From a virus, in the IMG/VR virus record IMGVR_UViG_3300045988_115111, positions 1 to 36,240 of that record: a stretch of DNA of 36,240 bases; one strand, written 5' to 3'. The translations under genes and the position numbers were made by a program. The notes beneath the pieces were generated by a model. That model was given only the letters and a program-made list of their open reading frames with translations. It was not told the origin of the DNA and searched no databases. This document shows positions 27,090 to 34,540 of this stretch, piece by piece; the stretch's first letter is position 1, and each line of letters begins with the position of its first letter.

Positions 27090-27380
27090 TCACCATATTC
27101 GGCTTGTGTTGCCGATGGGTTGTATGGCTACTCCGTCACTTTTGTGTCTGTTGCACGACGCGTGGACGGGTTGAATGTTATCTTCTACCAATTCTAGGTG
27201 TGGGTGTGTTTTTGTTGGCTGTATGTGGTCTAGGTCGAGACTGTTTGGGTGATATGTGGTGCGCGGGGCTTGATAGTCGATGGGTTGGCCGCATATGGCG
27301 CAAGGTTTGTTCTGCTCTTTGTATTGTGCTTGGAGGCGTTTGCGTAGGCGGCGGGCGGCTGGGCTGTCTGTGAATGGCAT
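27090..27380 (-). CDS. HNH endonuclease (packaging-associated)
   Basis: 96 aa. The HNH/zinc motifs are CAICGQ...LDLDHIQP...NIQPVHASCNRHK. A GGAGG RBS precedes the start. It lies immediately upstream of terS. Confidence 0.75.
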   Translation of the reverse strand: MPFTDSPAARRLRKRLQAQYKEQNKPCAICGQPIDYQAPRTTYHPNSLDLDHIQPTKTHPHLELVEDNIQPVHASCNRHKSDGVAIQPIGNTSRIW

Positions 27381-27433
27381 GTGTGTTACCTCCCGCGCGT
27401 GTCTTTGTATTTTGTTGTGTGTGTAGGTTTAAA

Positions 27434-27463
27434 GCCCCGCCTACCGCGTGTGGTGGGCGGGGG
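27434..27463. promoter_or_regulatory. GC-rich hairpin in a 256-bp ORF-free segment (27381-27636)
   Basis: The stem GCCCCGCCTACC / GGTGGGCGGGG encloses the loop GCGTGT. It lies upstream of the HNH-terS-terL operon and may be a late-promoter regulatory element, an early-operon terminator or a small RNA. Confidence 0.3.
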
Positions 27464-27636
27464 CGGCGGGTCTCTCCGATACACTGCCGCTATTGACAGG
27501 GGACAGCATGGCCACGCCTAAAAGCTGTCAGAGTAAGACCGCTAGCGATAGTGGAACGTTTACTTTGGCAACCCATGATGGGACCCCACAGTGGGGGCGC
27601 TGTTTTGCAATTATAGCATGTGGTGGTGTATGGGTG

Positions 27637-28191
27637 TCAAGTGGTTTGCGTTAAGTAGTCCACTACCTGGGCTAGCTTGTAGTGTTTTCCCCTGTGTGTC
27701 CAGGCTTGTTCTATGTGGCCGCGTGTGGCTAGGGTGTGTAGTTCTTTGCTTGTGGTGGTGTAGCCTAGCCGTTTGAGTTTATAGAGGATGCTGTGTTCTG
27801 CCTCCCATGTGGTGGGCGGCGTGGGGTCTGTAGCCGGGGTGGGTGGTTGTAGGCTACGGGTGATTGTGGCTAGATCCTCGTAGGCTAGTTGATTGGCTTC
27901 CTTATTGTCTACGATGTCCCCGGCTTTGTGGTATAGCCATGTTGTGTGCCTGTGGTGTGGGGGTGGGGTGTTTAGTAGTTCTGCTAGTGCTGTGGTGAGT
28001 TCTTTTAGGCTATTTTCTCCCTCTATGGTGGTGTTGAGCCAGTGTAGGTTGCAGGGTGGTTTTGGGCCGTAGGGGGCGCGGGTGTGTACTTCTGGTGGTG
28101 TGGTGGTGGCTGTGATGTTTGCGCGGGCTGTGTGTAGGGCGTCTGTTAGCTTGTCTATGCCTCTGAATAGGTCTATGTACGTCGCATACAT
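27637..28191 (-). CDS. hypothetical Thr/Pro/His-rich protein; coding status uncertain
   Basis: 184-aa ORF inside the strand-skew block. The AC-rich coding strand is depleted in stop codons, so a long ORF is weaker evidence here than elsewhere. Confidence 0.35.
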   Translation of the reverse strand: MYATYIDLFRGIDKLTDALHTARANITATTTPPEVHTRAPYGPKPPCNLHWLNTTIEGENSLKELTTALAELLNTPPPHHRHTTWLYHKAGDIVDNKEANQLAYEDLATITRSLQPPTPATDPTPPTTWEAEHSILYKLKRLGYTTTSKELHTLATRGHIEQAWTHRGKHYKLAQVVDYLTQTT

Positions 28192-28194
28192 GGG

Positions 28195-28527
28195 TTAGAG
28201 TCCTAGCCTGTCTAGTATGGTTTTGAATTCTTCTATTGCGTGGTATATGCCCGCGTTGAATTCTTCAAACCCTCTGCCCTTGTTTTCTTCGTCGGGTGTA
28301 TTTAGTTCGCGTTCCCACCAGTCGAGCTCTAGGTGTAGCCTGTTGAGTTTTTCGGGTGTGGGGGTAGGGTGCATGTGTCCCTCCTGTTGTATTTGTGTGG
28401 GGCTATGTAGCCTTGGACCCTCTAGCGTGTTTATGTTGCCAGAGGGTGGGCGTGGGTTTAGGCTCCTGTTGATCCGTGGCCGTTGTTCCCGCGTTGCGTT
28501 TCTTCGAACTCTATAACGTGCTGCCAA
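28195..28527 (-). CDS. hypothetical protein (probably the shorter form starting at MHPTPTPEK)
   Basis: 110-aa ORF whose 5' part overlaps the dut 3' end. The internal start gives about 59 aa. Confidence 0.3.
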   Translation of the reverse strand: MAARYRVRRNATREQRPRINRSLNPRPPSGNINTLEGPRLHSPTQIQQEGHMHPTPTPEKLNRLHLELDWWERELNTPDEENKGRGFEEFNAGIYHAIEEFKTILDRLGL

Positions 28528-28877
28528 TCAACCTCTACAGTCTTGTGAATGATCAGCTGGGCGACCCTCTCCCCGCAATGAATCGTGTAGGTGTACGGGC
28601 CAAAGTTGACAAGATTAATGAGAACTTCACCCGTGTAGCCGGGGTCGATGACACCGGGGGCGTTGAGCACGGTGATACCGTAGTTTGCCGCCAGGCCACT
28701 GCGTGGGCACACATAGCCGACGGTGCCAGCCGGCAGACCGATGTGTAGACCGGTGGGGATTAGCGCATGTTGGCCGGGTTTCAAGATTTGGTCCGCTGTG
28801 GACACAAGGTCGTACCCCGCGTCTGTGGGGTGAGCTTTCATAGGCGCGGGGACAATGTGATTGATGGGGGTGGGCAT
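28458..28877 (-). CDS. dut: dUTP diphosphatase (trimeric dUTPase)
   Basis: All five dUTPase motifs are present: AGYDL, RSGLA, GVIDPGYTGE, GERVAQL and RGNNGHGSTG. Confidence 0.9.
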   Translation of the reverse strand: MPTPINHIVPAPMKAHPTDAGYDLVSTADQILKPGQHALIPTGLHIGLPAGTVGYVCPRSGLAANYGITVLNAPGVIDPGYTGEVLINLVNFGPYTYTIHCGERVAQLIIHKTVEVDWQHVIEFEETQRGNNGHGSTGA

Positions 28878-28925
28878 TGTTAGTCTCCTAGGGGTTGTAT
28901 TGTTGAGCGCGGGGGTTTGCTCCCG

Positions 28926-29171
28926 CTAGCGTTCTGCTAGTTCCTTAATTCGATCTGGTTTAAAACCCGCCCATTCATCAATTAAGCCCCCTGTGTTGTC
29001 TAGGACTTGAACAAAGGGGGCCGTCTGGTATCCCAATTCCTTTAACTCTGGGATGGTGTAGGGCGCTTCTGATATATGGGCTTCCACATAGGGTGTGCCC
29101 TGTCGTGTGAGTAGTCTTTTTGTTTGCCTACATGCTACACAGTTAGGTGTGCTATATACTGTGATCTTCAT
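28926..29171 (-). CDS. nrdH: NrdH-like glutaredoxin/redoxin
   Basis: The start MKITVYSTPNCVACRQ follows the AAGGAAGGAGAAGG RBS. It has the CVAC active site in a thioredoxin fold (81 aa). Confidence 0.75.
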   Translation of the reverse strand: MKITVYSTPNCVACRQTKRLLTRQGTPYVEAHISEAPYTIPELKELGYQTAPFVQVLDNTGGLIDEWAGFKPDRIKELAER

Positions 29172-29916
29172 TGCCTTCTCCTTCCTTGATCGTTTCGGCG
29201 GTCTTAGCCCAGAGGGTTTGCTCATTAGCTGCAAGCCTGTCTTTCATGATCTGAACGTTATGGGCCAGGGCTTCCACGCCGATAGCGTTTAGTCCCAGGT
29301 TTTGCGCCGCTACCAGGGTGCTGCCAGACCCGGCAAAGGGGTCTAAGACTGTTCCGCCCTCAGGGACTAGACCTAGTAGGAATTCCATGAGTTCCACGGG
29401 CTTCTCAGTCATGTGGAACCGCTTAGCCTTAGCGGGGGTGGATTGTTGCCAAAACCCGCCTAGGGCGCCCCCTTCTTGTGGGCGGGCGCCGTTTGTTCCC
29501 CACACCACATATTCGCACGTGTTCGCGTAGCGGCCTTGTTGCCTGCGCCCGTTTGGTTTATGCCAGGGGATAATGCCGCGCCACACGACGCCACCGACCT
29601 GTAGGACGTCCGTCACGGAGGGTAGTTGCCTCCAATCCGTGAATACGGCGATAATTCCCCCGGGTTTGGTTACCCGTAGGGCTTCTGTCAACCACAGGTT
29701 GAACCACAGTAGGAAACTGCGCTGGTCCCTGTTATCGCCGGAAAAGTCGAGATAGTTACCTTGAACTTTCATGTATTTTTGTCCGGCTGACTGTTTCCTG
29801 CTAGTGGAATGTAGACCGCCACTGGAATAAGGCGGGTCTGTGATGACAGCGTCCACGCTATCGGCGTCTAGGGTGGGTAGGACTTTTAGTGTGTCCCCGT
29901 GGATGACTTTTATCAT
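29152..29916 (-). CDS. orphan DNA methyltransferase, beta-class amino-methyltransferase (N6-adenine or N4-cytosine; PF01555-like)
   Basis: Motif IV DPPY is near the N-terminus (VITDPPYSSG) and motif I FAGSGST near the C-terminus, which is the beta-class order. No cognate restriction endonuclease is present in the window. Confidence 0.8.
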   Translation of the reverse strand: MIKVIHGDTLKVLPTLDADSVDAVITDPPYSSGGLHSTSRKQSAGQKYMKVQGNYLDFSGDNRDQRSFLLWFNLWLTEALRVTKPGGIIAVFTDWRQLPSVTDVLQVGGVVWRGIIPWHKPNGRRQQGRYANTCEYVVWGTNGARPQEGGALGGFWQQSTPAKAKRFHMTEKPVELMEFLLGLVPEGGTVLDPFAGSGSTLVAAQNLGLNAIGVEALAHNVQIMKDRLAANEQTLWAKTAETIKEGEGNEDHSI

Positions 29917-30089
29917 GCGGCCCCCATTCCCCAGGCGCGGGCCAGTGTCTTATGTCCTGTGTCTGTGATAATTCCCCCGTGGTTGATTAGGCCACGGTCT
30001 AGCAATAGTTGGGTTTGCGTTTGGGTTATCTTTTTTCCGCCCGCGTATTTTTCCAAAGCTTGCAGTGTGAATTCCCATATGTCACTCAT
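29913..30089 (-). CDS. small protein (58 aa) translationally coupled to the methyltransferase
   Basis: MSDIWEFTLQALEKYAGGKKITQTQTQLLLDRGLINHGGIITDTGHKTLARAWGMGAA. Its stop TGA overlaps the methyltransferase ATG (ATGA at 29913-29916). Confidence 0.4.
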   Translation of the reverse strand: MSDIWEFTLQALEKYAGGKKITQTQTQLLLDRGLINHGGIITDTGHKTLARAWGMGAA

Positions 30090-30318
30090 GAGTCTGTCCT
30101 TCCAGTTCGCTATGCGCCCAAATGATTAGGTCTGCAAAAGCCTTCACATTGGCGACGTCCATTCCCGCTAGTTTCCTTACAGCCACGACGGGGGCACCGT
30201 CCACATCTCGAATAATGGAGGTGTTGCCCACCAATCCGGCGGAAAACGGGCCGGGCGGTAGGGCGTCGTGGAGCTGTTTCAAAAGCGCCTTATATGCCTG
30301 CTTCTCTTCATCGGTCAT
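30082..30318 (-). CDS. hypothetical protein
   Basis: The start MTDEEKQ at 30318 follows a GGAGGG RBS and overlaps the upstream stop as ATGA. Confidence 0.4.
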   Translation of the reverse strand: MTDEEKQAYKALLKQLHDALPPGPFSAGLVGNTSIIRDVDGAPVVAVRKLAGMDVANVKAFADLIIWAHSELEGQTHE

Positions 30319-30701
30319 TGTGTGCCCTCCATTTCGTCGAGTTCTGTAGCCTTCCAAGCCAGCCAGTTATTAAGCTCCTTCATCCGCGCGGGGGCAGAGT
30401 TCACCAAACGCAACAGGGCGTCCCGGTACCCGTACGCGAATCCCGGGAGCATTTCACGCGGCCAGGCCGGTAATGCGGCGCTGATTTTTAACGCTAGGTT
30501 GTAGTAGTGATTTACGACACGCATAGTAGGGCGTTCCATCACCTGCCTAGCCGTGGCCAATTCCTGTAGTGCGTAGATCACGCCGCAAACTTCCACCCAC
30601 GCCCACTCCGCGCCATGTGTCCAGGGCGCGTCGCCGTAGCCGTCTGGAATATCAAACGCCGCCGCCACCGCGCTAGTTTCCGGATAAATGCCCGTCATCA
30701 T
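30315..30701 (-). CDS. hypothetical protein
   Basis: 128-aa ORF in the early operon. Confidence 0.4.
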   Translation of the reverse strand: MMTGIYPETSAVAAAFDIPDGYGDAPWTHGAEWAWVEVCGVIYALQELATARQVMERPTMRVVNHYYNLALKISAALPAWPREMLPGFAYGYRDALLRLVNSAPARMKELNNWLAWKATELDEMEGTQ

Positions 30702-30901
30702 TCCCCCGTGATTTTGTTTGTTTCACACAGTCTCAAGTCCCGGGGGTCTATATATTCCCCGAGGCTGGCTAGCGCCCCGTATTCTTCCATCATCGTTAGG
30801 TAAGTGGTAGACATGAGTAGCCCACGGCTTAACCTGTTGATTAGCGCGTTCGCTTGCTCAATCTCAGACGCCGTCATATTGTCATGCACGATTAGACTCA
30901 C
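30698..30901 (-). CDS. hypothetical protein
   Basis: 67-aa ORF coupled to its neighbours by 4-nt and 20-nt overlaps. Confidence 0.35.
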   Translation of the reverse strand: MSLIVHDNMTASEIEQANALINRLSRGLLMSTTYLTMMEEYGALASLGEYIDPRDLRLCETNKITGE

Positions 30902-31346
30902 TGCTTAGCCCTCCTGCTAGTTGATAGTTTCCCGGCGCCACGGTGGATAATTCCAGCCACATTAGAGGCATTAAGCCTTTTACAGCCGGGTGGATAATCG
31001 GCTCAGGCTTAGACATGTAGGCGGGTGTGTCATCCGGGGCTAGGCCCGCGTCTACCAGCCCGTCACATACGGCCTTGAGGGTGGCGACTAGGTTGTCTGT
31101 GTCCCGCCGTCTTTTATCCCGTGGTAGGTAGTGCAAACGCACGGATAGGCGCCCGTAGCGTTCCCATCCCATCATGTGGAGACCCCCTTGCCGCGCGTTC
31201 AACATAGTAAGCCCACGCACAGCTTTAACGTCTGTAGCGTGGGCGTGGTGGTGCTTACGTACGTTTAACGATAAGGGGGGTTTATCCCAGGGCAACACCA
31301 TTAGGGCGCGGGGCGCGTGGGGATCATCAGAACGGCGGCTCATCAT
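30882..31346 (-). CDS. rusA: RusA-family Holliday junction resolvase
   Basis: The segments VLPWDKPPLSLN and LPRDKRRRDTDNLVATLKAVCDGLVDAGLAPDD align with RusA catalytic-core segments. The start is the internal Met at about 31346. The longer ORF 30882..31616 overlaps ssb. Confidence 0.8.
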   Translation of the reverse strand: MMSRRSDDPHAPRALMVLPWDKPPLSLNVRKHHHAHATDVKAVRGLTMLNARQGGLHMMGWERYGRLSVRLHYLPRDKRRRDTDNLVATLKAVCDGLVDAGLAPDDTPAYMSKPEPIIHPAVKGLMPLMWLELSTVAPGNYQLAGGLSSESNRA

Positions 31347-31794
31347 TGCCACCACCAAACCCGCCCGTGGGGGCGCTACCCCACGGATCATTAACCGGGG
31401 ACTGTTGTGGGGCTTGTTGTCCCCCGCCGCCGCCCTGCTGCTTTGTGACGTTAGCGTACTGCCTGCGTAGGCTAACGCCCGCGCTAGTGAGCCTAATAGA
31501 CACTGACTCGCGCGGGCCTTCGCTGCTCTGCCATTCCTCCCGCGTTTCCACGCCTTCCACCAGCAGCTCCACCGGGCTACTACAGGTGTTAACGATATTT
31601 TCGGCCAGGGAGTCAAAGGCCAAACAGCTGTAGAACTGTAGCGGCCCGTCTGTCCATGTTCCCGCTTTGTCCTTGATCCGGTCGCTAGTGGTGATAGTGA
31701 ATCGTGTCATGGGGCGCCCGTCACGGGTGCGAGTTAGCGCGGGCGGCTTCTTGGAAGATGTAGAACCCAGTAGGGTTACGTGCTTATTGCTCAT
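31327..31794 (-). CDS. ssb: single-stranded DNA-binding protein
   Basis: 155 aa. An OB-fold N-terminus is followed by a Gly/Gln-rich linker (QQGGGGGQQAPQQ) and the acidic tail NDEPPF. Confidence 0.8.
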   Translation of the reverse strand: MSNKHVTLLGSTSSKKPPALTRTRDGRPMTRFTITTSDRIKDKAGTWTDGPLQFYSCLAFDSLAENIVNTCSSPVELLVEGVETREEWQSSEGPRESVSIRLTSAGVSLRRQYANVTKQQGGGGGQQAPQQSPVNDPWGSAPTGGFGGGNDEPPF

Positions 31795-31808
31795 GTTCGA
31801 CTCCTGTT

Positions 31809-32312
31809 CTAATTATGTGCGAAAAAAGCGGTGTTAGCGTGGTATTTTAGTTGCTTCATCGCTTCGTCTATTTTTTCGATGACACTAGCGGCGCGCCCCC
31901 CACTGGACGCCTCTTTCAGACCCCTTTTAGCTTCTTCGAGCTGTCCCCAGGCTTTAGCGTTTTTGTTAAACTCCCTCATGTCATCGGCGAGGGTTACACA
32001 GTCGTCTAGTGCGTCTAGGGCTAGCCTAATTTTCCACCGGACGCCGTTGATATGTTCGTCTAGCTCGTCTAGCTGTTTTTTGTGGCCTTCCATCGCCCAC
32101 GCTGTTGTTTTCTCGATATTTTCAGGCATGGGGGCTATTTCCATGTAGCCCCAGGCTTCGTCCAGGCTATCGTGCATGGCATCCATGTCCACAAGTGCTA
32201 GATCCGCTAGCCGCTTCATCTCTTGTAGTGCCTCACTGAAAGACGTGTAGGCCTCCCCAAATCCAGTCGGCTCTAGTGGGGTAGTTCCCGTGTCTTGATC
32301 AGTTCCTGCCAC
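31809..32312 (-). CDS. hypothetical acidic protein
   Basis: 167-aa ORF in the replication module. Confidence 0.4.
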   Translation of the reverse strand: MAGTDQDTGTTPLEPTGFGEAYTSFSEALQEMKRLADLALVDMDAMHDSLDEAWGYMEIAPMPENIEKTTAWAMEGHKKQLDELDEHINGVRWKIRLALDALDDCVTLADDMREFNKNAKAWGQLEEAKRGLKEASSGGRAASVIEKIDEAMKQLKYHANTAFFAHN

Positions 32313-32893
32313 TGCTGGTTCCTCTCTTCATTGTTAAAGGGGCCAGAATCGGCCCCAGCTTGCCGCGTCGCGGACTTTTCGGCCTCCCGTGGGGGTTTGT
32401 GTGGGTGCGGGGGTTTGGAGGGCTTAAAACCCCCGCCTTCAGGGTGCGCCAGCTTGTAGCGCGCCGGGTGAGGCATCCGCGTAGGCCCATAAGCCCCAAC
32501 ACACGGCAAACCGGGCTGTGCGCCACAGCGAGGGCAACCCACCCCTAGTGTTCCTGTAGCTTCATAGACCGATTTAGCCAGGCCGCCCGTGTTACGCGGC
32601 GTCGCCGTCAACTCCCGAACAACCATGCCCTGACTAGCCCTTTTCCGAGCATTCCGGGCTTCATCCAGCACCGCGCCCAAAGGGTTGAGCGGGCCACGGT
32701 CCCCGGCCCCATACACCACCGGCACAGCCTTAGCCAGGAATTCCGGGGCCACTCCCGCGCTGGCTAGAACAGGCGCCCACGCGTCGATCTTTCGTTTCGT
32801 AGCGTCCATGTCCAGGCCCGCAAAGCGGGTGTCAAATTCAGCGACTAGGGCCAATAGCTGGGCCGCTACCTCCCCCCAGTTGGGTTGCATCAT
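32273..32893 (-). CDS. hypothetical protein with a CxxC...C zinc-ribbon-like segment
   Basis: 206 aa, containing VGCPRCGAQPGLPC. It is overlap-coupled between the replication initiator and the downstream gene. Confidence 0.4.
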   Translation of the reverse strand: MMQPNWGEVAAQLLALVAEFDTRFAGLDMDATKRKIDAWAPVLASAGVAPEFLAKAVPVVYGAGDRGPLNPLGAVLDEARNARKRASQGMVVRELTATPRNTGGLAKSVYEATGTLGVGCPRCGAQPGLPCVGAYGPTRMPHPARYKLAHPEGGGFKPSKPPHPHKPPREAEKSATRQAGADSGPFNNEERNQQWQELIKTRELPH

Positions 32894-33881
32894 TGCTCAC
32901 ACCTCCCGCCCGTAGAAAATCTAAAAAGCTGTTCCTGCCACGCGCCGCGCGGCTATCAGCCGGGAGGGTTAGTTCGTCCTCCCAGCCGTCACGGTTGAGC
33001 CACGTTGTGGGGTGTGGAATGAACCGGGGGTCGGTACCCGCCCGCTTGTGATGCTCAGCCAGTGCCACGGCCCCGTCGTGGATCACATTCGCGGGAGCGC
33101 GCTTGACGGCGCGTGTCCACGCGTTGAATGCTTTCCGCTTCCCAATCTTCCTCGGGTACGCCTCATAGAATTTTTGGAAGGCTTCGGAATATGGTTTTTG
33201 TTTCGTGGCCGAATCCGCGTCAGCGGGTGAGGTCGAGGGCGCTAGCCCGGTACCGTCCACGTGACTGCCGTCACCGTGTCCGCCGTCACAAGGGATAATA
33301 GGGTTAGTTGTTGGGTTACTAGTTGGTTTATTAATTGGATTGGGTGTCACAGGCGATACCCCGTTCGGTCCGTAGCGATACCCCGTTCCGACCGTAGCGA
33401 TACCCCGTTCCGTTCCAGAATCAGCCAACGGGGTATCAATATGACACCCCGCTAACGAGTTATCCACAGGGTTATCCACAGGTGCGGGCGTCTCCAAACC
33501 ATCATCCGAACGCCCAAAAACGGCCCCCGAATCATCCTCCACAGCCCCAGAATCAACCCGCGCGGGAGCCTTCGACCTATCCAGTTCCATAGCCAGATCC
33601 CAAACAACAGGCCGCCGATCACGTCTATAATGTCCAACCAGTGACTGATCCCCACGCCTAATAAGCCCGTCAGACTCTAACGCCCGCAAATGCCGCGCGA
33701 TAGACCCAGAACTAAGCCCCGTACGCTCAACCAGCCGCCCACGGGACGGGAACGCCGCGCGCCCCTTATCATCCGCAAAGTTAGCCAATTCCAGCAACGT
33801 CCGGAACTTAGCGTTAGGCTCAACAGGCGCCTTATGCATCACCCACAAAATAGCCTGCAAACTCACGTTATAAACCTCCAA
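32838..33881 (-). CDS. replication initiator protein (N-terminal winged-helix/HTH, low-complexity linker, C-terminal YPRKxGK domain)
   Basis: 347 aa. The N-terminal HTH is RTLLELANFADDKGRAAFPSRGRLVERTGLSSGSIARHLRALESDGLIRR. The C-terminal segment is FQKFYEAYPRKIGKRKAFNAWTRA. Iteron repeats lie inside the linker-coding DNA. Confidence 0.6.
   Translation of the reverse strand: MEVYNVSLQAILWVMHKAPVEPNAKFRTLLELANFADDKGRAAFPSRGRLVERTGLSSGSIARHLRALESDGLIRRGDQSLVGHYRRDRRPVVWDLAMELDRSKAPARVDSGAVEDDSGAVFGRSDDGLETPAPVDNPVDNSLAGCHIDTPLADSGTERGIATVGTGYRYGPNGVSPVTPNPINKPTSNPTTNPIIPCDGGHGDGSHVDGTGLAPSTSPADADSATKQKPYSEAFQKFYEAYPRKIGKRKAFNAWTRAVKRAPANVIHDGAVALAEHHKRAGTDPRFIPHPTTWLNRDGWEDELTLPADSRAARGRNSFLDFLRAGGVSNDATQLGGGSGPAIGPSR
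33351..33482. repeat. iteron cluster (candidate origin of replication) inside the initiator gene
   Basis: Three direct copies of CGATACCCCGTTC start at 33354, 33376 and 33398, exactly 22 bp apart. An inverted copy AACGGGGTATC lies at 33427-33437. A tandem GTTATCCACAGG x2 lies at 33459-33482. Confidence 0.6.
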
Positions 33882-33887
33882 AAAAAA

Positions 33888-34166
33888 TTAGTCACGCGGC
33901 GCCACAACCACCACCACATCAGCGGGGTTATCAACCGAACGGACCAGCCACCCACACTCATAAGAACGCGCCGGGTACGCGTGGATAAACGCGTGGCAAA
34001 GGTGGCAAATGGCCAGGCAATTGTCCAGATCATGGGCGCCGCCCTGACTACGCAGCTGCCTATGGTGAATATGCTCAGCCCGCCCCGTACATCCAGCCCA
34101 CGGGATCAACACCTCGCACACCCCACCCGCGCGGGCATGAACCGCCTCAGCAACAGCGTGCGGCAT
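33888..34166 (-). CDS. HNH endonuclease (second copy, in the early region)
   Basis: The ORF track gives 33888..34187. HNH/zinc signatures are CEVLIPWAGC, AEHIHHRQ and DLDNCLAICHLCHAFIH. The likely start is MPHAVAEA. Confidence 0.7.
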   Translation of the reverse strand: MPHAVAEAVHARAGGVCEVLIPWAGCTGRAEHIHHRQLRSQGGAHDLDNCLAICHLCHAFIHAYPARSYECGWLVRSVDNPADVVVVVAPRD

Positions 34167-34176
34167 ACGCCCCGGG

Positions 34177-34539
34177 CTACTCCCCACGGCCAGCTACCGA
34201 ATACATAGACCGAATAGACGCCCCTATCGACTGCAAAGCCCGTAGCTCCAGTTCCAAGGCCTTAGCGCGCCTGTCAGCGTACTTAAACGCCGCCTCCGCC
34301 ACGTCACGGGCTTCACGCTCCCCCATAGTCTCCACCCGCGCCGCCTGCTTCCTGTCCTCTACAGGCCCGTCGGCGCTAAGGTAGGCGCGGGCGTAAGCCG
34401 CCTCAAAGAGGCGATCAGAGTCAAGAAAAGCTCTATAGGCTTCGTCCACCACGTCCACGCCTTTAGCGATACGGCTAGACAATGTTCTAATGTTTTGTTC
34501 GATGTCCACCGGGTTTAGCGGTGCTTGGAACTGTGGCAT
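34177..34539 (-). CDS. hypothetical protein
   Basis: 120-aa ORF overlap-coupled on both sides. Confidence 0.4.
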   Translation of the reverse strand: MPQFQAPLNPVDIEQNIRTLSSRIAKGVDVVDEAYRAFLDSDRLFEAAYARAYLSADGPVEDRKQAARVETMGEREARDVAEAAFKYADRRAKALELELRALQSIGASIRSMYSVAGRGE

Positions 34540-34540
34540 C

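Noticed and set aside
27029-27373. Cys/Gly/Val-rich plus-strand ORFs in the skewed block, for example 114 aa and 61 aa.
   Set aside because: - They are products of reading the GT-rich strand.
- They are antisense to the motif-verified HNH gene.
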